From assembly GCA_027593175.1 (NCBI GenBank), contig JAQCJI010000004.1, positions 2,175 to 66,174 on the forward strand: a DNA stretch of 64,000 nucleotides. Reading direction: 5' to 3'. The position numbers and the translations under genes were made by a program. The notes beneath the pieces were generated by a model. The model made no database searches. It was given only the letters and a program-made list of their open reading frames with translations, and was not told where the DNA came from. Source of the stretch: Bacteroidota bacterium (GTDB taxonomy: Bacteria > Bacteroidota > Bacteroidia > Cytophagales > Cyclobacteriaceae). Below are positions 35,713-43,284 of the stretch, piece after piece (position 1 is the stretch's first letter; each line of letters starts with the position of its first letter).

Positions 35713-36244
35713 ATTTTTAGTCTTTTTATTAGTTCTATTTTTTGGCTTGCAACTTACCTCCTATGCGCAACGAGAGATTGATCCTGAGGCCAAATTTTCT
35801 TTTAAGGATAGGAGCTATTTCGGCGGAAGTCTCGGTCTTCAATTAGGAACGGTTACTTTAATTGACCTTTCTCCATTGGCAGGGGTAATGCTCAGTCCCA
35901 AATTTTCTACAGGCCTCGGCACTACCTATCAATACTACGAAGACAATCGCTTCCAAGGCGCCTCCGGATCTTCTTTTGGAGGGCGAGCTTTTGTTCGCTA
36001 CAACTTACTTCCAAATATTTTTGCCTACTCTGAAATGGAGTCAATCAATTGGAATGCGTATAACTATGGACTAGATAAGTTTCAGCGTACTTGGACAGAG
36101 GCTTTTTTTGTGGGTGCAGGATACTTCGCTCCGTTTGGAGCTCGAGGTGGTGCTAATTTTACTTTTCTTTACAATCTCCGCCATTCTAATCGGCAGGCTT
36201 ACTATAGTGAACCCTATTTGATTCGGGTTGGATTTATGCTCTAA
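35693..36244 (+). CDS. Secreted hypothetical protein, probable small outer-membrane beta-barrel
   Basis: Signal peptide, alternating aromatic/Gly beta-strand pattern, C-terminal LIRVGFML. Confidence 0.65.
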   Translation: MLWLKNKFLVFLLVLFFGLQLTSYAQREIDPEAKFSFKDRSYFGGSLGLQLGTVTLIDLSPLAGVMLSPKFSTGLGTTYQYYEDNRFQGASGSSFGGRAFVRYNLLPNIFAYSEMESINWNAYNYGLDKFQRTWTEAFFVGAGYFAPFGARGGANFTFLYNLRHSNRQAYYSEPYLIRVGFML

Positions 36245-36364
36245 TTCAATCGAAATTACCTGTCTTGGAGATTTTGAATAAGTAAAATTGCCCCAGGATT
36301 TCTTCATTTCGTATCCCCCGTATGGGAATCCTAGAAAAACTGTTTCATTTTCTCCAAACCTATT

Positions 36365-36939
36365 TACTCCTATTTTTCGCCCAAGCTCCAAAAGTTTCTT
36401 GTAACGTTCACCCGCCCGTAGCAAATCCAGTGGGGTCTCCGCTCCGATAGCTGGAGCAGCTACTCGAGTGCAGCCCAGCTCAGCAAGTACGCCTATTTCT
36501 TTCTCCATCTTTACAAATCCAGCCTTACTTTTTCATCTTTTTGTTTTTTGTCCAATAATAAAGCCAATAACCAAAGGAACACTAATACTTAATAGGACTT
36601 TAATAATTCCTGTAATGCCTTCCCATTCTAATAAAATGTCCATTTTTTTTGTTTTAAAGTCCAAAAAGTTAAATAATTATATAAGAAAGCAATGCTTTTC
36701 CCACCCTTTAAATACCCTTCAATTTCCATCATCCAGGGCTCCAACCCTTGGTATCCTTCACGAGCAGCAAGCTCTATCAGCTGAGGTAGGGATAATTTTT
36801 GACCCCGTACCGTGCTTGTGTTTAGCGAAAGAATAAATTCGGTTGCGTCTGCAATGGGTTTTGCTTCGGCAGAAGAAGCAAATACACCTACCAAGGGGGT
36901 AAGGGCTAAAGTTTTGAGGAGGTTTCTTCTGCTAGTCAT
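36365..36939 (-). pseudogene. Fragmented Tat-exported sugar-phosphate isomerase/epimerase (xylose-isomerase-like TIM barrel)
   Basis: The 5' fragment (SRRNLLK Tat motif, LSLNTSTVRGQKL, GYQGLEPW) breaks near 36685. A second fragment in another frame (KAGFVKMEKEIGVLAELGCTRVAAP...GERYKKLLELGRKIGV) ends near 36365. The catalytic C-terminal half is absent. Confidence 0.7.
36533..36643 (-). CDS. 36-aa single-TM small ORF inside the isomerase pseudogene
   Basis: MDILLEWEGITGIIKVLLSISVPLVIGFIIGQKTKR*; A-rich initiation region (AAAACAAAAAAAATG); about 29% GC. Confidence 0.45.
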   Translation of the reverse strand: MDILLEWEGITGIIKVLLSISVPLVIGFIIGQKTKR

Positions 36940-37031
36940 TGGATTGCTTTTCCATTTAAATGGCTAGGATGCCTTTTAAACATATTATCAATAAATAAAA
37001 TTTATGCGAATTTTCAATCGTATTTTTAACG

Positions 37032-37736
37032 GTGCGTAGTATACTAATTCTAGTGGCCTTTGCTTTTGTGCTTTTTAAGCAAGAGGCAATTGCTCAAGTT
37101 GCTAGAGGGGATTTACCTTTCCTATCCTCCTACCAAGAAGAGATTCCCTATTTTCAAGAATTGATCACTGGGGGACAGTATGTGGCTCCTTCCTCACTTA
37201 TAAAAGGGGATCCTTATTTTGTTACTCGGCAATTTGAAGCAGGAACCTTAAGCATTAATGGGATCTCTTATCCACAGGTTCCTTTAATCTACGATATATT
37301 CAGAGACCAACTGATCACTTTTCATCCGATTTTCAATCAAAAAATATTGATCAAGCCTGAGAAAATCGATGGATTTGAATGGAGTGATGGGAAGCTCTTC
37401 CGTTTTTTCTCAGGGAATGAATCTTTTCTTCACCATGGGAATGGAATCTATCAGGTATTGGGTCAAGGAAAAGTATCAGCCTTAGCCAAACGCTACAAAA
37501 CGACGAGGTCATTACGCGATATATCACGCTATGATTCCGAATATGTGGAGAAACAAGACTATTTTCTTTGGAAGGATGGAGCCTTTTTTCCGATAAAAAA
37601 ACCATCTCAAGCACTTTCTGCCTTGCAGCTCAATGTAAAAGAGCTGAAAAAGGAGTTGAAGAGTAAAGGGCTACAATTCGGTAACGCTCCCGAGGCCTAT
37701 TTGCAATTCCTGGTGACCTATCCTCAAACGAACTGA
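37032..37736 (+). CDS. Secreted hypothetical protein, first gene of the TonB-receptor module
   Basis: GTG start, signal peptide, G.PYF and YDI..DQL motifs; overlaps the next gene (TGATG). Confidence 0.75.
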   Translation: MRSILILVAFAFVLFKQEAIAQVARGDLPFLSSYQEEIPYFQELITGGQYVAPSSLIKGDPYFVTRQFEAGTLSINGISYPQVPLIYDIFRDQLITFHPIFNQKILIKPEKIDGFEWSDGKLFRFFSGNESFLHHGNGIYQVLGQGKVSALAKRYKTTRSLRDISRYDSEYVEKQDYFLWKDGAFFPIKKPSQALSALQLNVKELKKELKSKGLQFGNAPEAYLQFLVTYPQTN

Positions 37737-40468
37737 TGCGTAGATTTTTTTCATTTGTCGGTTTTATTGTGTTACTCACTTTGGTTTGCGAATCCGCTTT
37801 TGCACAGCAGCAGGAACCAAAGATTACTGGATTATTTGCTGGGGTCTCCTTTGAACGGTTTGCCGAACTGGTAGAAAAGGAAAGTCCTTACCGCTTTATC
37901 TTTAAAAAAGAGGAGTTAGCGGACTTGACAGTAAGCCTCCAAGCCAACGTTGATAAGTTGGAAGATGTATTGGGTGTCCTTTTTTTAAAAACCGAATTTA
38001 CCTACTCCATTTCTAAAGACCTGGAAGTTTTCATCTTTAAAGGGGAAAAGAAAGCAGTAGATTTCCTTCCTAACTATTTTCTAGCCCCTTCTAAGGTGAC
38101 TCTTTCCAGTACCGCCATTCAGGACGAATTTGTTCGGAATCGGCGCTACATCATTGGAGTTCCAGGTCCTGGAACTGAGGCAACGCTTCAGGGCAAGGTG
38201 ATAAGTTTGGAAAATAATCTACCGATTGAGGGGGCGATTGTATTTGAGAAGGAAGCCATGCGGCAAGCGGTTACCAACAAGACTGGGGATTTTGAATTGC
38301 TTGTTCCCAAAGGCAATAAAACCCTATTTATTCAAAATATCGGCGGCTATACGGAGCAGCGCCTACTAGATATTCAAGGGGACGCAACGCTTGAACTTAG
38401 TATTGGTGAGGGGATTTTTTCACTAAATGAGGTTGTTGTCCGCTCAGGGGCCATGTCTCAGATAGAAAGACCCGAAATGGGGGTGCAGTCCCTCTCGGTA
38501 CAGGAAATGAAAAGACTTCCTGCTGTCATGGGAGAAGTGGATATTATTAAAGGACTTTTGACCATGCCTGGTGTTAATACCGCGGGAGAAGCGAGTGTAG
38601 GCTTTAATGTTAGGGGTGGAGCTGCCGATCAGAATTTGATTTTGATGGATCAAAATACACTCTTCAATCCATCCCACTTATTTGGGTTTTTCTCTGCCAT
38701 CAACTCGGATATGGTCCAAGGTGTAGAGCTATACAAGTCAGGAATCCCCGTCAGCTTAGGGGGTAGACTATCCTCCGTTTTGCAAGTCACCCCCAGAAAA
38801 GGGCGTTCAGATAAAATTGGGGGCTCAGGAGGAATTGGTCCAATGACTAGTAGGCTAAGTTTAGAAGGGCCTATCGGTGAAAAAACAACCTTCATCTTGG
38901 GATCTCGACTTACTTATTCCGATTGGCTTCTTGATTTTTTATCGGAGCGAATTGATTTAGGTGCAAGTAGGGCTGCTTTTTCGGATTTCAACGGCACAGT
39001 TGAACATGAGTTAGGGGCAAAAGATAAACTTCGGCTATCGGGCTATTTTAGCAAAGATTCCTTCCAATTTGATCCAGACACGATATACAGCTACTCCAAT
39101 CAGAATTATGCAATCTCTTGGACACATTACTTCAAAGATTCGCTAGAGGCAACTTTCTCAGTTGGTCAGGATGCGTATAATTTTGAGGTAGAAGGGGAAG
39201 ACAACCCATTAAATGCCTACCAATACCGCTTCGATATCCGCCAGCAATTTGTAAAAGTGCAGTTCCGCCAGGAAAAAGGAGATCGACACCTGCTCAGTTA
39301 TGGAGTCCATGGAATCCGTTACCAGCTCAACCCAGGGGAAATTCTACCTTTTGGACCGGAGAGTGGAGTGATTCCCGATCAAGTTGCTCCTGAAACAGCT
39401 ATGGATTGGTCGCTCTACTTGGGGGATGAGTTTGAGATCAACGAACAATGGGCACTTAGTGGAGGATTAAGATATAATTTTTACACATTTCTGGGGCCAC
39501 AAACCCTTCCTATCTATGCGGAAGGTGAGTCGTATTTAACGGAAAATATTACTGGAGAAGCGCGCTTTCAGTCTGGGGACTTTGTTCAAACCTATCAAGG
39601 GCCAGAATTCCGTCTTTCTGCACGGTATGCCCTGTCCAACCAATCTTCCTTGAAGGTGGGTGTAAACTCGATGAGACAAAATATTCATTTGCTCAGTAAT
39701 TCTTCTGTGATTACCCCTACAGATACTTGGAAGTTGAGCGATTCATTCTTGAAGCCGCAACTTGGTATTCAATATGCATTAGGCTACTTTAAAAATTTGA
39801 ATCAAGGAGCATTTGAGCTTTCTGCTGAATTTTATTACCGATCCATGCAGAATTTGTTGGACTACCGATCTGGTGCAAGCATAGTATTGAATGATCGGAT
39901 TGAGCAAGAGGTGCTAGTCACTCAGGGAAAAGCGTATGGCATGGAGCTTTTTCTCAAAAAATCACAGGGAAAGCTCAATGGATCTCTTGCCTACACCTAT
40001 AGCCGCTCCTTGATGCAGACAGATCCTTCGGAGCAAAAGGAGCAGATCAACCGATCTGATTGGTATCCTAGCAATTTTGATCAGCCTCATAATGCTAATT
40101 TTGTAGGCAATTATGAACTAAGTAAACGACTCGATGTGACCTTGGCAGGAAAATACAGTACGGGAAGACCCGTCACCCTACCCATTGCAAAATTTACCTA
40201 TGGGGGTTCGGAGCGTGTTTATTTCTCTGACCGTAATTCCTTTAGAGTACCTGATTATTTCCGTATGGACCTTTCCATCAATCTGGAGGGAAATCATAAG
40301 ATCGCCAAATTGGCGCATGCCTCTTGGTCCTTTGGGGTGTACAACCTACTAGGAAGGAACAATGCCTACTCGATCTATTTTGTTCCAGAAGGAGGCAAAT
40401 TGAGAGGGTATCAGCTTGCTATTTTCGCAGAGCCAATTCCATTTATCACCTATAACTTTAGATTTTGA
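37736..40468 (+). CDS. TonB-dependent receptor with STN-like and carboxypeptidase-regulatory-like N-domains
   Basis: Plug motifs GEVDIIKGLLTMPGV, FNVRGGAADQNLIL, SHLFGFFS, GGRLSSV; barrel end YFRMDL..YNLLGRNN...YNFRF. Confidence 0.9.
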   Translation: MRRFFSFVGFIVLLTLVCESAFAQQQEPKITGLFAGVSFERFAELVEKESPYRFIFKKEELADLTVSLQANVDKLEDVLGVLFLKTEFTYSISKDLEVFIFKGEKKAVDFLPNYFLAPSKVTLSSTAIQDEFVRNRRYIIGVPGPGTEATLQGKVISLENNLPIEGAIVFEKEAMRQAVTNKTGDFELLVPKGNKTLFIQNIGGYTEQRLLDIQGDATLELSIGEGIFSLNEVVVRSGAMSQIERPEMGVQSLSVQEMKRLPAVMGEVDIIKGLLTMPGVNTAGEASVGFNVRGGAADQNLILMDQNTLFNPSHLFGFFSAINSDMVQGVELYKSGIPVSLGGRLSSVLQVTPRKGRSDKIGGSGGIGPMTSRLSLEGPIGEKTTFILGSRLTYSDWLLDFLSERIDLGASRAAFSDFNGTVEHELGAKDKLRLSGYFSKDSFQFDPDTIYSYSNQNYAISWTHYFKDSLEATFSVGQDAYNFEVEGEDNPLNAYQYRFDIRQQFVKVQFRQEKGDRHLLSYGVHGIRYQLNPGEILPFGPESGVIPDQVAPETAMDWSLYLGDEFEINEQWALSGGLRYNFYTFLGPQTLPIYAEGESYLTENITGEARFQSGDFVQTYQGPEFRLSARYALSNQSSLKVGVNSMRQNIHLLSNSSVITPTDTWKLSDSFLKPQLGIQYALGYFKNLNQGAFELSAEFYYRSMQNLLDYRSGASIVLNDRIEQEVLVTQGKAYGMELFLKKSQGKLNGSLAYTYSRSLMQTDPSEQKEQINRSDWYPSNFDQPHNANFVGNYELSKRLDVTLAGKYSTGRPVTLPIAKFTYGGSERVYFSDRNSFRVPDYFRMDLSINLEGNHKIAKLAHASWSFGVYNLLGRNNAYSIYFVPEGGKLRGYQLAIFAEPIPFITYNFRF

Positions 40469-41613
40469 TGCGAAAATCCATCGGTTTAGTTTTTATACTT
40501 CTCGTAACTCTTCTTGGATGTAGGACCCCTTATGAACCCGAAGTGCCCGCTACAGAATTGAGGGTGTTGGTAGTGGAAGGCTATTTGGATACGGAGGGCT
40601 TAAAAAGCGAGTTAAAACTGAGTAGAACTGCTCCGCTAGGTGCTGCGTCCGCTTTTATTCCAGAGCTCCGCGCCAAAGCAGTGCTTAAAAGTGCTAGTGG
40701 ACAACTTTTCCAGCTAATAGAGAAAGGTGCGGGGAGCTATGTATTTGAAAAAAACATTGATGAAAAACAAAGCTATGTATTGGAAATTGAGCTTAGTTCT
40801 GGGGAAAGGTATGTTTCAGAAGGTCTTCAGCCAATCGTGACTCCTGAAATTATTAATGCCGGATTCAAGCGGGATGAGGAAGGAGTGGAGGTATTTTTGT
40901 CTACCCAAGGCAATGCCAATGCAGATGATTTTCTATGGACCTTTGAAGAAACATGGATTTACCGACCTAGAATACGCACGGCCTACATCTATGTTCCAGA
41001 ACTTAAAAATGTACGGGATCGCAAGGATGCAGAACAAACCTCCCTTTGCTTCAAGACGGAGCCCAGCCCGGGGATTCTTTTGGAAACCAGCTCTCGATTT
41101 AGGGATCAGGTAGTTTTTCAAAAAACCATCACCGAAATCCCTACCGGGGACCAGCGAATCATGGAGCGCTATAGCATTCTTATTTCTCAAAAAGGACTTG
41201 CTTCCAAGGATGTCCCTTTCTGGGAGATTTTAAAGAAAAATACAGAGGACATTGGTTCGATCTTTAGCCCACTTCCTTCTTTAATAGGTGGAAATATCAA
41301 AAGTTTGGATGCCGACAAGAATCCTGTCATTGGGCAAGTAAGCCTAGGGGTAATCCGCCAGAAGAGAATTTACATCAACCTTGTGGAGGTAAGCCCCTGG
41401 AATTACCTAGACCCAAGGTTCAACGATTGTGTAATCGGAGAAGCAGCAGTTTATAAAACGGATTATCAAGCGACTTTTGGTAATGGAGCTATAGTGCCGG
41501 TAGTACCCTTGATAGAGGGGACTACGATAGTTGCCTATTATCCATCCTCGAGAAAATGTACCGATTGTAGCCTGTATGCATCCAAACTTAAGCCCTCTTT
41601 TTGGGCAGACTAA
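40468..41613 (+). CDS. DUF4249-family lipoprotein
   Basis: Lipobox LLGC, LVVEGYL, RYSILISQ, GSIFSPLPS..GNI, C-terminal CTDC. ATG 40468 (alternative TTG 40465). Confidence 0.8.
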   Translation: MRKSIGLVFILLVTLLGCRTPYEPEVPATELRVLVVEGYLDTEGLKSELKLSRTAPLGAASAFIPELRAKAVLKSASGQLFQLIEKGAGSYVFEKNIDEKQSYVLEIELSSGERYVSEGLQPIVTPEIINAGFKRDEEGVEVFLSTQGNANADDFLWTFEETWIYRPRIRTAYIYVPELKNVRDRKDAEQTSLCFKTEPSPGILLETSSRFRDQVVFQKTITEIPTGDQRIMERYSILISQKGLASKDVPFWEILKKNTEDIGSIFSPLPSLIGGNIKSLDADKNPVIGQVSLGVIRQKRIYINLVEVSPWNYLDPRFNDCVIGEAAVYKTDYQATFGNGAIVPVVPLIEGTTIVAYYPSSRKCTDCSLYASKLKPSFWAD

Positions 41614-41617
41614 TTCC

Positions 41618-43240
41618 ATGCAAATACTGAATAGTTCCCTTAATCACGTAAATCAAAAAAGTAGTCTCAAAGCACTCATTATTGGGCTTATGCTTGTTTT
41701 TGGGTTTGAGAGTACAAGCATAGGACAATCAGCAGATAGACTAAAAGAGGAGGTTTTTTTTCATATTCCGAAGACGCTATATTTTAATGGGGAAAAAATT
41801 TGGTTTGAAGCCCAGGTGAGTTTGGGGGAGCAAGCCACTCCTTCACAGGTGCTGTATGCAGAATTGGTCGATCGGAATTCCAACTCAATTACACATGTGA
41901 AGGTGCCTCTTCAGGCGGGAAAAGCCTTAAATTTTATTCCAATTTCAGATCAAATTGCTTCAGATCAGTATCTTATACGAGTTTATACTCGCATAAGTCC
42001 TTATTTAGACTTGAATCAAGGGATTGCACAACAGCTAGTAACGATCATCAATCCAAAAATTCCACCGAAGGAAGTTAAATCTTCCAATCGCCAAAATTCA
42101 CTTTCATTTAAAAGCCACCCGAAAGGAAGTGCTGTGAATTTTAGTTCTTCTAGTAGTACTGAATCTAGGATCTTGGCTTCAGGAATTTCCATCGCCAATC
42201 CATTTTTACTGGAGGAACAAAAGCAATGGCATTCCGAGGAGGTTTATGAAAGTTTAAATCTCCAGCCCTTACTACCCGAACTTTTTGGTCATTTGGTTCA
42301 GGCGAAAGTTACTTCTTTGGATACCGCGCTCACCTATTTCCTTTCGCTTCATGGAACAAAAAGTGCTTTGTTCACCGATCATGTAGACGAGCGTGGCATG
42401 CTTATTTTTGATGCTGGAGGCTTGCGTCATTGGGATCGTTTGATCTTGCAACTTGAAAATGGGGAGGAGATGCCGGGCTTGGAGATGGTTTCCCCTTTGA
42501 TCAAAACGACCTTCAATTCCAATTTTATTTTTCCAGACCTGTCCTTAGCACAGGAAGATCTTCCTTATCTCCAGCCACTTCTTAAAGCAGCTGTGGTGCA
42601 GCAGGAGTACTTGGAAGTGTCTGACCAAGACTCTTTGGAAGTAGTCACTGGCTTTGTCGCAGATTACAGCTTCAACTTAGATGACTACACCCGGTTTGAA
42701 GATGTAGAAACAGTGTTAAAGGAATATGTTCCTAGTGTTTCGGTTCGTCTGAAGGACAAGAAAAAAACATTCCGACTACTGGATGAAGCGGATAAGAATG
42801 TTTTCGATTCCAATCCTTTGATTCTAGTAGATGCGATGCCCGTTTTCGATTCGGATCTATTGGCTTCCTTTAATCCCAAGTTTTTACAGCGTTTAGAGGT
42901 ACTCAACCGTGAGTTTTATCTCAATGATCGCACCTATCCAGGCGTCCTTAGTTTTTCGAGTTACTCCAATAATTTTGGCTTATTCCAACTTGCTCCTGCG
43001 GCTCGATTTTTTGATTATCCCGGGATTCAGCCCTCGATTATCTTCGACAGAGACCAATTTGTCCAACCTTCTACTACCTCACGAATACCAGATTGGCGAA
43101 CCGTGCTTTATTGGCAAACAAGCGGGAAGGGAGTGAGGACTAAGCTCCCCAATTTATCTGGAACTTTTGTGTACTGGGAGCAGGTGAAAGTAGGAGGACA
43201 GGTGAAGACTAATCGTACATTTTTTGAGGTTAAGGACTAA
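41618..43240 (+). CDS. Secreted protein with MG2-like N-terminus and TonB-plug-like C-terminal region
   Basis: EEVFFHIPKTLYFNGEKIWF, LYAELVD, YLIRVYT, PLILVDAMPV, PDWRTVLYW; ATG 41618 follows the DUF4249 stop. Confidence 0.7.
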   Translation: MQILNSSLNHVNQKSSLKALIIGLMLVFGFESTSIGQSADRLKEEVFFHIPKTLYFNGEKIWFEAQVSLGEQATPSQVLYAELVDRNSNSITHVKVPLQAGKALNFIPISDQIASDQYLIRVYTRISPYLDLNQGIAQQLVTIINPKIPPKEVKSSNRQNSLSFKSHPKGSAVNFSSSSSTESRILASGISIANPFLLEEQKQWHSEEVYESLNLQPLLPELFGHLVQAKVTSLDTALTYFLSLHGTKSALFTDHVDERGMLIFDAGGLRHWDRLILQLENGEEMPGLEMVSPLIKTTFNSNFIFPDLSLAQEDLPYLQPLLKAAVVQQEYLEVSDQDSLEVVTGFVADYSFNLDDYTRFEDVETVLKEYVPSVSVRLKDKKKTFRLLDEADKNVFDSNPLILVDAMPVFDSDLLASFNPKFLQRLEVLNREFYLNDRTYPGVLSFSSYSNNFGLFQLAPAARFFDYPGIQPSIIFDRDQFVQPSTTSRIPDWRTVLYWQTSGKGVRTKLPNLSGTFVYWEQVKVGGQVKTNRTFFEVKD

Positions 43241-43284
43241 ATTTCCCCTAATTTAAACTGCAAATGAGTGTAAAAAAAGACCAA

